Below, in pieces: positions 25,300-39,437 of a stretch of DNA of 64,000 nucleotides; the first letter of the stretch is position 1, and every line of letters starts with the position of its first letter. Both the position numbers and the translations under genes were made by a program. The stretch is from Octopus sinensis (lineage: Eukaryota), in NCBI RefSeq assembly GCF_006345805.1, contig NC_043004.1:100378001-100442000 (forward strand), in the 5' to 3' direction. The notes below the pieces were generated by a model. The model had not been told where the DNA came from. It was given only the letters and a program-made list of their open reading frames with translations, and made no database searches.

Positions 25300-26102
25300 G
25301 TGTGTGTGTGTGTGTGTGCATGTGTGTGCGTGTATGTATACACACACACAACTATGCACATTGTTATTCATATATTTCATAAATAACCAATGATTTGTTT
25401 GTTTCCAGTGCCTATTTCTGTTCTTAGTGTGAGAATTAAGGGATTTATTTTTGTTTATTTATTTTACTTATTGATTTATTTACATGTGAAGCCTTGATAG
25501 AGACGCACTGGTGCTACTTCATGGTGAGTTTTGTATCAGCCCATGTGATACGGAGTTGTCTTCGGAAAAACAATCACATTTCCAAAAGTCTATATTCCGT
25601 ATTTCAAAATGCAACCAAAGGTAGTGTCCATGGTGCATAGAAGGACCACAGATTATATTTGACATCACTACAGCAGAGATACCAGAATACAGAAGAAAAT
25701 ATACACAGACGCACGCCCATGCATATACGTCTCAGAGAAAGAACGAGAGAGAGAGAGGGGGAAGTGTGTATGTGTATGTATAAATATATATATAATCAAA
25801 ATATGCAAGAGGATTTCAAGTAGTAATGCAGTACAACCGTTTCAAGCGATTCCATTTAAGCGAACAATGCAATCATCACATCAATTTAAATACAGCGCTA
25901 TCTTCAGCTGCACGAAAAAGATATGGAACATCAACAGGTAAAATATATTAATATATTAATTTATTAATATAATTTTTCTAACAGGGCAAGAAAATGGAAG
26001 AAATTCATGTTGTCGCTATTATAGCTACTTTGAAGTGTGCGGATAATACCGGATTGACTTGGTGCTTCATTGTAAATACTTAATTCAACTGAATCTCAAT
26101 TA

Positions 26103-26218
<116 letters not shown>

Positions 26219-27719
26219 GCATGTGGGGAAGATAACAACCGATCTTCTAATTCCACCAAGGAATCTATGATTTTCATTTTTTTTTAACGGTTCTCCTTAC
26301 TTGCCGTCACTATCATATGTTTCTCCTGCTAGAAAACAAGGCGAGACTCGAACTCAGAATGTACAGTGCCAGAAGCGATGTCACATGGCATCTGATCCGT
26401 TGATCTAAGAATTTTGTCATCCATCGTCTAATACTGTCGTTTGTCGAAATGGAGAGGAAGAAACGAAATGTTTACTACACTGGTATTCGAACTCAGAACA
26501 CCGATTTATCTAACCAAATATCCCGAAACTTTCTCTCCCACACTTCTTCAAGTTTTCTAAGTCATCGCTCATATATATATATATGTGTGTGTGTGTGTAT
26601 TTACATACATTTGTACTTGCGTACGTAAATATGTATGTATGTATGGAATTATTTATGTGAAAATTATTCAATACTTGTCATCGGTTACATACATATTCTA
26701 TTAACGTTCGATAGATTTTCAGTTATGGCTATTTCTCAAAGTTTTGCTTCAGCTTTAGCAATGAATAAAATAGAAGCGTTTGTCGAAAGTTGTGTGGAGC
26801 CTGGAAGTTTTATTTGAAAATCACTTCGATAACAACTGTTTGGCTATTGTATACAACACATCGGAACAAAGTAAAGCGAATTCTTCTCGGCTGAGAAATA
26901 TCTCATCTTGATCTAGAAATTCAATACATTGAAAATAAGATGGACATTATATTCGAGTACCGCCGCGGACATAATTTTTATCTAGCTAACAGCGAAAGAA
27001 AATGTGTCCTTCATATGTCTATTTGTCTGCAGGTATTACATGCCAGTTTGAATATTAAATACTGTAACTTCAATCAGACTCTTGCTTCGCCCATTTTAAC
27101 TACTTCGATATTAAGGGAATAATTAATTAATCGAGATAATTAACAGTAGGGTTTAATAGAGGCAATTTTCATTAACAGCAGATGCCTTGCCCTTATTTCA
27201 TCCACTCTTGCAATAATCATATCCTTTGTTTTGTATTTGAACATATTTGAACGCCAAAATTTAATGAGACATAAATTAGCAAGATATAGTGTTCAACAAC
27301 AAACTATTTCTGAAAAACCACTGCATCATATAAATATGGATTTCTTATAGAGACACAGGGCCTGAAGTTGATGAGGGTATGCAGTCAATTAAATTGACTC
27401 GGGAACTTTAATAGAAAATTAAATCAGCTTCCATACTTGAATAGTATTTATTTTCAAGATGAAAAATAATACTATGTAGCAAATTCTTGTACTTCAAAAT
27501 GTTGCTGTTCTTTTGAACTTCGGGTTTACCAGCAACACTAACATGATTAGACATATAATTGTCGCATTTCAGTTGTAATCATCATGTTTATTTTTAATCT
27601 ATGTAGGACTACATTCTCTAATGTGGCCTTCAGTTTTGTAAGGAAACAGGTTGTGATATGGAAAGGTTCGCAGATCACACTCAGCTTTTCTAGTTAGTTT
27701 CAAATTCTGTATTGAGGTT

Positions 27720-27815
27720 ATATAGTACAAAACACTTCTCCAAGGTGCCACGCAGTGGGCTTGAATCTGAAACCATGTGGCTGGGAAGCAAGCTTCTTAC
27801 CACACAGTCATACCT
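27720..27815 (-). mobile_element. SINE family A head fragment
   Basis: Reverse complement of the TGTGTGGTAAGAAGCTTGC...GTGGCACCTTGG core. Confidence 0.7.
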
Positions 27816-27997
27816 GCGTCTGTGGTTACAATGTAAAATAAAATCATCAAAATACCACTCGAGGGGTTGTCGTGTATTCATCAATACAGTTGGAATGCTG
27901 ACTCACAGACTCCTCACTATTTCTTTGTCATAGGTAGTACAACGCTATATGCGTTTCAACAATAGTTGGCCACTTAACACCTTCCATGTAAACTCAC

Positions 27998-28027
27998 CTG
28001 AGGCACACACTATCCTCTTTTTATTAC
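27998..28027 (-). CDS. Candidate 30-nt micro-exon (phase 1: NKKRIVCAS)
   Basis: cactcattatag|GTAATAAAAAGAGGATAGTGTGTGCCTCAG|gtgagt. Consensus donor; only phase 1 is open. Confidence 0.4.
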
Positions 28028-28100
28028 CTATAATGAGTGCCTTCCTAAGATCTCGTACTAACTAATTTTCCAAATTTTTCATTTTCAGAGCGTCCATATT

Positions 28101-28350
28101 TTACTCTTTTACTCGTTTCAGCCATTTGACTGTGGCCATGCTGGAGCACCGCCTTTAGTCGAGGAAATCGACCCCAGGACTTATTCTTTGTAAGCCCAGT
28201 ACTTATTCTATCGGTCTCTTTTGGTTTACGTCCCCGTCACTTAGCGGTTCGGCAAAAGAGACCGATAGAATAACTACTGGGCTTACAAAGAATAAGTCCC
28301 GCAGTCAAATGACTGAAACAAGTAAAAGAGTAAAAGAGTAAAGAGTAAAA
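28101..28350. repeat. Two SINE-A 3' halves joined in inverted orientation
   Basis: Arms 28177-28223 and 28253-28299 are reverse complements (1 mismatch). GTAAAAGA tails point outward on both sides. Confidence 0.85.
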
Positions 28351-28593
28351 TACATCGAAGATGTCAGGCCGTTTTTTCGATAACCTCATGTCAGAATTGT
28401 CAAATATCTATTGTTTTTTGAGATTCCTGAAGACACCTTCTAATATTTTCTGTTATATCGTAGCATCGCGTGTCCTAAAATAAGCAATCCATTTCCATAT
28501 CAAGAAGGTCACCTGTTGTTATTGTACAACTGCTTGAAATAACAACCAAGATTCACTCAAAACATACGCAACCATTTTAAAATGCAAACTTAC

Positions 28594-28620
28594 ATTGACT
28601 AATGCTGTCTGAACGACGCT
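28594..28620 (-). CDS. Candidate 27-nt micro-exon
   Basis: cgtttttattccag|AGCGTCGTTCAGACAGCATTAGTCAAT|gtaagt. Open in phase 1 (RRSDSISQ) and phase 0. Confidence 0.4.
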
Positions 28621-30820
28621 CTGGAATAAAAACGCGATCTGACCTCGCCAATAACCCTTTCTTTTAATTGGTCTATTTGGACCGAACGGACCAAGAACTA
28701 ATGAAAAATATCCAATTTTGTTTGCTTTCAGCCCCATTCCACCCCAAATACACAGACTTTCACTGACACGATACAACTACATACAAGCATATACGCGTGC
28801 TAATGCATAAAAAATTCCATAAGTCCATAAAAAGCAAATATTGTTTAGATGCATGTCCACTCAAATGAAGTACTCTTGACCGTGCTGTTTAGAATATATT
28901 TTCTATATGAACTCCATTTCTAAGGCGGTAAGTTGTGATTTGAGAGAGTTCCGGTTGTTATTTCTAGTAGGCCAACTGAGGACGTTTATTAGCAGTAGAA
29001 CCCACCAGATCGCAGGTGAAATTTATTCAAGTTATATTCAAATTTGAAACTGCTCTCTGTCGTGGCTGCAAATCCCAATCGAAAAAAGGGAAAAACTATT
29101 TAAGCTTTAAGAACAAATCAGTAATTCAATACAAGTAAAATGAATTCGTAAAACTAAAGATTCGTTCTCGACACTAATAAATCTCTTTACATTTTTTTGT
29201 ACATGTACCTATATCCTGGTACTAAAAGTATTCTCGGTCGCAAGGGCAGAAATTCACTTATTAGATATTTCAGATATAAACTGGTTGGTTGTAGCCGAAA
29301 GTCCGGAGTGATGTAAATCTTTCATCCTTTAATATCAGACTTGCCTAATGTTTTCAAGGTGAAGTTAGTACCTTGCCAATGCGACATTTACCGCTACCCG
29401 TTCTCACTCAGTTATCTGACTTCTTTTCTGTAACTGGATGTAAGTCATGTGACTGTACCCTTATTTGTCTAAACTCAATTCAACCCTGATCGAAAAAACT
29501 AAAATCAAATTCATTCAATCATTACCATTTCTGTCTTTCATTAAGACAGTTTTCTAGAGACCACATTAACTAAGTTGTTTCTTTCTCAGGAGAAATTCGA
29601 CTGCTGTGACTAGTAAGCCGGAGTATCACGTAAAGACCCTTCGCTGGATCGGCGGCTATCGTTTCAGTTCGTAACACTCTCTCGATGAATTATTTACGTT
29701 CCGTATTTGGCAAGTCTGGCTCCTTTTTTGACTGGAATGGAGAATATTTTTGAAAGGTTGCAACAAGAAGTGTATATTTTTCTATCCGTTATAATCTGAC
29801 CCGGAAGAGTAGATAGTACTATTGACTGAAGCAGCGCTCAATCTATTGAACCTAGAGCGGTGGGTGACGGCGTAGACATTTGATATTAATTAGTTCAGTA
29901 GCGTTCAAGGATATCAATCGGATCACTTAATCTATCAATTCCAGTACTAACAGGGGTAAGATATCTTAATTACATTGATATGTTAAGCAGACAGATTGCA
30001 AGGGATTCAATCCCTTCTCTACAAAACCTATCCTATCCATCCTTACCATCATCAGCCTTGTTAATTATCTTAGACCGGTTTGGCAATCTACCATTACTGT
30101 TAAGTTGGCAGTGAGTTTAACATTTGAGAGAATAAAAATGGAGGTAGGTAACCACACCCAAGCGCAGAATATGTAAATAGATACGTTTACATGAGCGCGT
30201 ATTCAAGTGGGTACATGCGTGTGTGTGTGTCTGTGGTGTGTGTGTGCACAACAATGTATATGTGCATGTATATATATCTTCACCTGCATGTGAATACATC
30301 GAAACATATTCACTTACGATCATACATGCATGTTATATCATTATATACGCAGATTTACCTACATATAAACATGTGTATGTACAAAATTGTATTTGCCGGT
30401 GTTTTTATACGAAGAAGATAGTACCCGTCAAAAATGACATAGTTTATTTTAGTATAGAATAAATAAGCCAGTGAAACGTGTATATAAAAGAATAAGAGTA
30501 CTACTGATACTGGTTTATATAAAGAAATGTAGATACAGCTAAATGGATACCAGAAATAAAGATAGAAAAATGTAGCTCTGAGTGTATGTGTGTGTGTGTG
30601 TGTTTGTAAGGTAAGTTATTCAGGAGAGACTCTCTTTCACTACGTAATCATTCTTTCGTGCTTTGTCCATCATAACCGACTTCGTTTGTCCCATCAAAAG
30701 AATGCATGAATATGAATCGACGCCAGAATGTTGTTGGAACTTCCTTTTATTAACTCAAATGAATTAAAAACAACGCTGACCTTGACGAACGTAAATACAA
30801 GCATTTAAATATCGCCTTAC

Positions 30821-30850
30821 ATTTTGTCGACATTTCCGAGTCTCTGCCAG
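30821..30850 (-). CDS. Candidate 30-nt micro-exon
   Basis: tgttgtacttcacctgtcag|CTGGCAGAGACTCGGAAATGTCGACAAAAT|gtaagg. Open in all phases; phase 1 reads GRDSEMSTK. Confidence 0.45.
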
Positions 30851-31222
30851 CTGACAGGTGAAGTACAACACAGATGAATAGTGAGGAAGAATATAATTCA
30901 ATTAAAAACATTAAAAGACGGTGCCTCAACATGGCCATAGTCCAATGAACCCGTAAAACAATATACAGGCATGTACATATAGACTTGGGTATCAACATGC
31001 AACTGCAACAAACACCATGAGACTTGTATATTATTTTAAGAGATGACGTCGAAAGCATGTATAACTCTTACCACACCTCTCAGTCCTATTCCCTCTTTCC
31101 CTGCGTTTCACTGTCTCACTCTCTCTCTTTCTTTTTTCTCCCTCCTCTCTCTCTCCGTATATACACCGGCTACAGCATACATATACATTCACAAATACAT
31201 ATATTAATACATACATACACGC

Positions 31223-31262
<40 letters not shown>

Positions 31263-31275
31263 ATGTATATATTTA

Positions 31276-31318
<43 letters not shown>

Positions 31319-31787
31319 ATATATATGTATACAGATAAAATTATGTATTTATACATGTGCGTGTGAATATATGTATTGCTCACAGCGTGACAGAACAAAA
31401 GCAACAAAAATATGATATATAACGTAACATTATATATATGTGTGTCTGTGTGTGTAAGAGAGGGAGAGTGTGTGTGTGTCTATATGTATGTATGTATGTA
31501 TTGTATGTATGTATGTATGTATGTATGTATGTATGTATGCATGTATGTATGCATGTATGCATGTATGTATGTATGTATGTATGTATGTATGTATGTATGT
31601 ATGTATGTATGTATGTGTGTATGTATGCATGGGAGAGTAAGCGCTTGACTTACGTAAAGGGAATTGGAAAAATCACGTTCATTATCTGCGTGCGTCTGTG
31701 ATTAGTTATGTACATTTTACGTTCTCTTTGGGTGGAAGTTACGAAGAGGTATTTATAACCAGACATTGACATAGTTCTCGTTGGTTG

Positions 31788-31866
31788 CTACGGCAAGGGA
31801 TTACACATAACCTCATGCAGATACACATGAACACACATATGTAAATTCTCTCTTGCTCGTTCACAG

Positions 31867-31907
<41 letters not shown>

Positions 31908-32002
31908 TGCGCATGTGTGTGCGTGTGTGTATGTGAATGGGTGAGTATGCCTGTTTAAATGTGTGTATACATGCATACATATATATACATACACAAACAC
32001 AC

Positions 32003-32040
<38 letters not shown>

Positions 32041-32242
32041 GCATACATACATATACAAATATGTATACATACACATACAGAGGCATACACACATATATAC
32101 ACGTCTGGCGCACGTGTATGTGTATGTCCCTTGCCTGTTTGTGTGTGCGTATACATACGTATATACGTGCTTATAGCTATTTGTATATATGTGTATATAT
32201 ATATACATACACACAACACACACATATATGTATACATGTATG

Positions 32243-32288
<46 letters not shown>

Positions 32289-32557
32289 TATATATTTATA
32301 TACATACATACATGCATGCAAATCCATATACATACACATACACACGCACGCATACACATACACAAATACACGTATTAAAATTGCTTGTATATATATATAT
32401 ATTTGTGTGTGTGTGTGTGTCTGTATATATGTGTGTGTATATATATATACACACACATATATATACACATAGATATATACACATATATATACACATATAT
32501 ATATATATATATATATAATGTGTATATATATATGTGTGTATATATATATATACATAC

Positions 32558-32590
<33 letters not shown>

Positions 32591-32606
32591 ATATATATAT
32601 ATACAC

Positions 32607-32648
<42 letters not shown>

Positions 32649-32751
32649 GTGTGTATATATATGTGTATATATATATTATATATATATATATATTATATAT
32701 ATATATATATATATCATATATACATATACATATATATATATATATATATAA
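31788..32751. repeat. Compound (AT)n/(GT)n/(CA)n microsatellite tract (example; such tracts occur throughout)
   Basis: Direct inspection. It explains the YI/VC/HT-repeat ORFs. Confidence 0.98.
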
Positions 32752-34040
32752 TGCGTTGCTTGTCATATTGAAAAACGATCAGCTGTGCTAACCATAATCC
32801 CATTACGTGTTAATGAGATGCTCTAGAAATGCTGGCTCTGATGTAAGAAACAGGTGAATAATGGTTACCATATGTTGTAAATTAGGCGTGAAGTCTTAAG
32901 CAAGTAAGACTTAAGTGACTTGTCCCAATAACGATAAAATTTACAGCCAACCATCAGAACCGAACTGCCTTACATATTGCGAAGACGGAAATAAAATTTT
33001 CTCTCTAAAATCTGTATAGGGTAACATTCTTGGTACTAACTGCGTAGTGCGACTATATGAAACAGTGGCGAGTGGGGGAATTCACAGCTGTGCGGAGAAA
33101 TATTAATGGAATTTATATTTTTTTCTTTTCCATGTGTATTTGCCTTTATAGATCCCTTTGGTTGGCATTGTGATATTTGCATTCAGCCATTAGTCCCCAC
33201 CCGGAAGAGAGATTGGCCCCTTTTGGTCTAATTCATGACAGTTGATGTGTGACTGAAATATCTATATTTACTCCAGTGTTTAAGGGGTAAGCTGAAACTA
33301 ATCGTCATTCTCTTTCTTTCATGTATCAGTGAATATTATTAACTTATAGAAATTCAAATTTCTTATAGAAATTGATATTTGTGATATCAGTCGTAGCACT
33401 GGCTTATATGAATTAGCCTCAAGTACTCCGAAGAATTGGAAGAAACACATCAAATGCCACATAAAGAGTAAATGTAACAGGAGCAGTGTTAGATTAAAAT
33501 AGCTTTCTATGTATCATACTTAATGTAAATACATCGTTGAAAGACAAATTTACTTGCTGTGTTTGTCCTGAGATAATATCTCTTATGGTCGTTCTGTGTT
33601 TAAAATAGAATTTATCGGAATGCGATGAAAATCGCACCAATAGCGGCTAGCTAGAATGCCAGATCACTTCTGCCTTATTAGTGTTTGTCAGTGGCGTGTA
33701 CTCACTGCCAAATGCATGTGTAAACGTGATTTGTCATCCTTAATATGTAGGAAATTATTAAAAACATTCACTGGTCGCAATAGTAATTAGAGATGCATAA
33801 TGTATAATAAAGAAAACTTTGAAGGAAAATTCCTGATGTGTTGGTATTGTAGAGCAGCTGCTTTTTCCGGATATAGGTAAATATGGACAAAACCTGAAGG
33901 ATATCACACAATGGAACAAAACCAATGTCATATCTTTTAACTGCAAAAACACGCAAGTGCGACACATCACAGGTTAACATGTTTACATCTCACTCAAACC
34001 TGAGTCAGGCAACTAGAGTCCTCACAACCACTTCAAATAG

Positions 34041-34330
34041 ATGAGACCTCAATTTCATGAAGTATCTCACATGCTAAAATCACACATTCTTTGCATAGGT
34101 AAAACCACATCTCAAAGGCTGGTCCTACTTTTCGTGTCCAGAGAATATTTCCCCTCCCACCACTTACCGAAGATCAACAAATCTCATGTAAGGTTCATAA
34201 TGGAGTTTTACTTCCACATCTGGGACCATGATTCTGCATCACACACAAGTAATTTGGTCTGCATCTAGAGAAAAACCATTTAAATGATTGGCGTAAGGTC
34301 GCAGAGATGCTCTGATTTCTTGCGTTCTTT
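34041..34330 (+). mobile_element. Decayed LINE RT C-terminal remnant (CR1/Jockey/I-like)
   Basis: INKSHVRFIMEFYFHIW...SNLVCI*RKTI resembles the LYKS.VRP.MEY...IW...L.RIQR..I motif. Confidence 0.45.
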
Positions 34331-35101
34331 CATTTCTGCCGCTACTAAAACGACTTCTACATAACGGCTTTGATTATCACTAGACACAGCGGTCTGCTAA
34401 ACCCATAGGCCCTATATCGATCTCTAGATGAACCAAATATTAAAAAATCGGTTGGTAATTCCGATCAAATTGTTGATACGATCTGAGTTACATTTCTACT
34501 TTTCAAGGAAATTTTAGATTTTTCTTTAACATTTTGAAGGTTGTATCAAATAAATAACTCAACTAGATACAAGTTGAATATCACTTCCATCCGTTAGGCC
34601 TTGGAATGCAGACTAAACGTTGTCCAAGTTAAATCCGTGAAGACCATTCCTTTACGATTTCTAGACGTACTGAAATAGGAAGATGCTTTTACATTATAAT
34701 TCTATCTACAAGAGTGAGTATATTGTGTACACACACGGTATTTAATGTGTTATCCGTAATCTCTATATAATATTCAGTATCGGGTACTCTCTTGATATTT
34801 GTGCATTGAAACATAAATGCACAACACATACACACAACACACACACGCGTGTATATATAATATGTATATATATACATATAATATATTATATATTATATAT
34901 ATATATTATATATATATATATATATACAAACATATATATATATATATAATTATATATATATATATACATACATACATACATACATGTGCATATAAACTTT
35001 CCCACATAAGCACACACAAAATACGTGCACACACATGATATATGCCGCACGCACACATACACGCGTGCGCTCGCAAAACAAACACACAAACGCATATATA
35101 A

Positions 35102-35139
<38 letters not shown>

Positions 35140-35939
35140 TATATGTATCATAGAGATAAGCAGTTTGTCAGTGAATATATCATATAGATACATTCATCTG
35201 ATACTGATATTATTTTATGACTCCATATGACGTATACATTTATCTCTTCGTACTATTCAGATATCTCTATTTCATAGCACAAACCAACATATTATATACA
35301 TACATACAAACACCACACACACACACACATATATACATACACAAACACACATGTGTAGGTATGTGTGTGTGTGTGCGTTTGATAGTTGTTTGTTTGTGTG
35401 TGTCGTGTGTGGTGGGGTGTACGTACGCATGTATATTCATATATATATTTATACCCTTCGTCAAATCATTTGATACAGAGATCTTCACTGCAATATCAAA
35501 CGTGTTCGGCGTCTCCAGAGATAGTTAGTATTTTACCGATATCATGTTCTGATAGTATATAATTTGTCTATATTTTTGTTTATTTAGTGTTGTTGCTGTT
35601 GTTGTTGTAGTTGTCGTCGTCGTCGACGTCGTTGTTGTTGTTGTTGTTAAGGCTACTAGCCAGCAGAATAGTTTGTGCGTCGATCAAAATGTTTTGTGGT
35701 ATTTCTTTCAGCTAGTTATATATGTTCATCTCAAACCAGGGTCAACTTTGCTTTTCATATTTTTGAAGTACATAAAATAAGGTCTTAGTCTCGTACAGGG
35801 ATTAATCGACTTTCACTCTCCACCGATAACTCCTAGCCGTGTGCCAAAATTTGGAACCATACTGGATTGAGGAGTGCACTGTTGAAATTGCTCGAGGTCT
35901 GGTTTTATCAAAATTTCTAAGTGGGAGACAACTGAGATG

Positions 35940-37324
35940 ATATGGGAAATAGTATGATCGATCCCACCCAGAAAGTGGACGATAAAAAAACTAACCCTGA
36001 AACGTTGAGCAGAATTGGTGAACGTTTAAACGGCCTGCTAGTGGAGCCTTTCGCCAGTTCAGGTCTCAGTGGATTGAAGGGCCTGCTCTTCTGTTTTCTT
36101 TGGAAGGGACGTGTTCCACTGGTCAGGTACTAAATTTGTTATTAACGATTAACATTGACAGAGGACAAAACTGGACATGATGTGGTGGCTGAAGTGCAGG
36201 CATGCGCAGAGGCAGAGTCATCTACACTACTTTGACGGTGACGATAGTGGTCGCCAATTGTCACACTCACTTTTCAACAGTTGGTCTCTGTGACAAAGAT
36301 GCAGTTCTAGATCGAGAGTAGCTGAGGCAGGTCGTCTGGCACCTATAGTGTCATTAGGCGCTCACAGTCCTCTGCCAATCATTAGAAGTTCAACTTTCGT
36401 TATTCTATAGAAGCATACTGACGGGTAAGAACGATAACACTCGCAAGACTTTTGCGTAGTCGAGAATCAACTGCCTTTTCTGTCTGGTACTTTCTGGCCA
36501 GGGTCCATGGATAAATTCAATAAATCCCTCTGACCTGACAGTGCTACTTGGATGGAGAGGGCATTACCTATTTCTTTATTACCCACAAGGGGCTAAACAT
36601 AGAGGGGACAAACAAGGAAAGACATAGGTATTAAGTCGATTACATCGACCCCAGTGCGTAACTGGTACTTAATTTATCGACCCCGAAAGGATGAAAGGCA
36701 AAGTCGACCTCGGCGGAATTTGAACCCAAAACGTAACTGCAGACGAAATACCGCTCGGCAGTTCGCCCGGCCTGCTAACGATTGTGCCAGTTCGCCGGAG
36801 AGGGCATTACCGGTTGGAGATAAATTCTACAGGCATGGAAGTACCGTCAGGCGAGTCTGCTTGTGAAGGTTGCACTGCGATGAAACTAATCTGCACATAC
36901 TCGTCCAGCACCCGAGTATTGCTTATTTGTGAATATCTGCTTCTGCATGTAGGACGGGCCCGGTTTTCAAAGAGTCCATTTACAAGATCTTTTTCTGGCC
37001 GGGAATCCCAACAGTTTTATTTGTCTGGTGGACTTCGCGAAAGGGCTGTGGAAGACCAAAGAAAACTAGAGACTGTTTATCTTTGGATGAACCCTCATAA
37101 ACTTATTCAAATTTTACTTGCAAAAGAAAGTTTGTGGGTAAGTGGTAACTTCAAGAAAATTTGATGGAAGGTGAATCAGAGTTGTGAGTACACACCACCG
37201 AGCATGTTCCAGTAGACGAAAGAAAAAGATTCGGGAGAGGGTATTGGCTTAACTGGGCAGAATTTAGAGGGGTACCACTAGCAACCGTCGGAAGACGCCT
37301 TATTTTGCAGACATATTTTTGGAT
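35940..37324 (+). mobile_element. L1/Tx1-like LINE 3' remnant, interrupted by a SINE and cut by the gap
   Basis: LLFCFLWKGRVPLVR, ALPVGDKFYRHG and CDETNLHILVQHP (zinc-knuckle region) in shifting frames. Confidence 0.55.
36569..36796 (-). mobile_element. Full-length SINE family B with 15-bp target-site duplication
   Basis: GGAGAGGGCATTACC at 36554-36568 and 36797-36811. Confidence 0.92.
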
Positions 37325-37424
37325 NNNNNNNNNNNNNNNNNNNNNNNNNNNNNNNNNNNNNNNNNNNNNNNNNNNNNNNNNNNNNNNNNNNNNNNNNNNN
37401 NNNNNNNNNNNNNNNNNNNNNNNN
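37325..37424. other. Assembly gap (100 N)
   Basis: Run of N. Confidence 1.
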
Positions 37425-37711
37425 GTATATAAATTTATAGAGATATACATATATAAATATATTTATACACACACAGAGAAATGTACATGTGAATATGTGT
37501 TATAATGTATATGCATGTATGCAAACATGCACATATATATATATGTATATCTATGTATACATATATATATATATTATATGCATAAATATGTATGTCTGTA
37601 TCTGTGTGTGTATATATGTGTGTGTGTATTGTTGTATATTATATACTATACATATCTCTATATATACATTATATATACATATATATATATAAATGTATGT
37701 ATAATATATAT

Positions 37712-37762
<51 letters not shown>

Positions 37763-38044
37763 GTATATATTGTATATATATAGACATATATATGTGTGTT
37801 TGTGTGTATACTCTCATATACACACTCAGATATATACATATGTTTGCGTTTGTGCGTGCGCATGCGCACGCGTTGGTGTGTGTGTGTGATAGATAGAGCG
37901 TGAGTGAAAAGGAGAGAGGTGGGAGGCAGTGGGAGAAAGTCGCTGAGACAGAATGTAAGATTTTGAAATATGATTTTATTTTTTCTATTTAACTCATGTC
38001 AATAAATTTTATTGTTTTTCGCAATTTAAAACCTTAAGTCTCAC

Positions 38045-38071
38045 ATTTTTGAACAGTCAATGTCTGGCCTT
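38045..38071 (-). CDS. Candidate 27-nt micro-exon (phase 1: E-GQTLTVQK)
   Basis: cagactaacatattcag|AAGGCCAGACATTGACTGTTCAAAAAT|gtgaga. CTAAC branch-like motif present. Confidence 0.35.
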
Positions 38072-38189
38072 CTGAATATGTTAGTCTGTATAGAATAAGT
38101 TAGTTTTGTATAGGCGTAGGAGTGTCTGTTTGGTAATTAGCTTGCTTACGAACCACATGGAAATTGAAAGAAGTCCGTAGTATATATCG

Positions 38190-38590
38190 CTGCCATGTTA
38201 ACACTGTTGTTTTCGTTTGCCGCAAAGGCATTTTTCAATACGCCAGCCAAGATAAGTTAAAATTGTCTGAAGTCGTAAGACACTCGCTGATTTTGTCCTG
38301 TTTACTATCTTGTTTTATTTTCTTTTTTGTTTCTTGTATTTATATTCGTGTGGCATCCTGTCCTTGTTTCGTATACATTCGATCCTCTTTCCAAGAATCT
38401 AATGCCTGTGGCTTAGTTTTTCTTTGGGCTGGCCGGATCGGAGCGATATCGAGATTAAACAGCCGAATTGCTAAGATGATCCGTTCCCGACTGAAGATTA
38501 GAGGCTTCGAGTGACCCGTCTGTTTTTTTTGTCGTCTCTTTGTGTGTTTTTGCGTTCTTCTCCCAATTTGTAAATTATAATTTATATTAA
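38190..38590 (+). repeat. Dispersed repeat family 2, copy with a degenerate permuted hammerhead (38443-38506)
   Basis: Shares blocks with 46960-47350 (ACGCCAGC, AAGTCGTA.GACA, CTTGTATTTA, CCAAGAA.TCTAATGC, CTGAAGATT..AGGCTTCGA). Confidence 0.7.
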
Positions 38591-38633
38591 TTTCTATACA
38601 TATATATAATATATATATATATATGTATGTATG

Positions 38634-38669
<36 letters not shown>

Positions 38670-38944
38670 TGTATGTATGTATGTATGTGTGTGTGTATAT
38701 GTTTGTGAGTCTGTGTTTGTCACCCCAACATCGCTTGACAACTGATGCTGGTGTGTTTACGTCTCCGTAACTTAAGAATAAGTCCTGGGGTCGATGTGCT
38801 CCAGCATGGCCACAGTCAAATGACGGAAACAAGTAAAAGTAAAAGACTAAAAGAATGATGCAAACTGCATGTTTGTGTACCTTCTCTATTTCTTCATTTT
38901 ATTATAACAAATCAGCTTATTCTAGATCACTGCTTCTGTTTGTT

Positions 38945-38989
<45 letters not shown>

Positions 38990-39154
38990 ATGTGTGTGTA
39001 TGCGTGCCTGTTGACATTATGCATGCGAGCGTATGTGCGTGTTAACAGTATTACTGTCTTTGCCTGCTGGTTATCTTAAACGGTGAGTGATAATGGTTGA
39101 AACACAGTAATCTTAATATTTTTTTCTTTTATTAATCCAGTATTTATTTTGTCG

Positions 39155-39437
39155 TGGAGGCATATGGCATAGTGGTTAGAGCTGCGGACTCGCGGTCGAG
39201 GGATCGCGGGTTCGAAACTCAGACCGGGAGACGTGTGTGTTTATGAGTGAAACGCCTAAGCTCCACGCGGCTCCAGAAGAAAGTAAGAGCGAAATTCTGC
39301 TAACTCTTTCACCACAACTTTCTCTCACACTTTCCTCCTGCGACGGACCGTCGTCCCGTCCAGGTGGGGAACCTATATGCCAAGGAAACCGGGAAATCGA
39401 CCCTTATGAGCCAGGCATGACTCGAGAAGGAAAAACC
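39155..39437 (+). mobile_element. tRNA-derived SINE family C
   Basis: A box TGGCATAGTGG and B box GGTTCGAAAC followed by a non-tRNA body. Copies at 40577-40864 and 59727-60019. Confidence 0.85.

Noticed and set aside
29459-29485. 27-nt micro-exon with a strong acceptor
   Set aside because: Stops in all three phases; shows that chance exon-like segments occur here.
26301-33730. Other splice-flanked segments (26301-26325, 29700-29733, 30047 donor, 31654-31685, ~32975-33005, ~33696-33728)
   Set aside because: Not multiples of 3 or closed in phase 1, and they can be chained in arbitrary ways, so they were not used. 29700-29733 could be an alternative terminal exon.
39155-39235. tRNA gene (also 40577 and 59727)
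   Set aside because: A and B boxes are present but there is no closing acceptor stem. The sequence runs into a shared SINE body, and one copy has a TSD.
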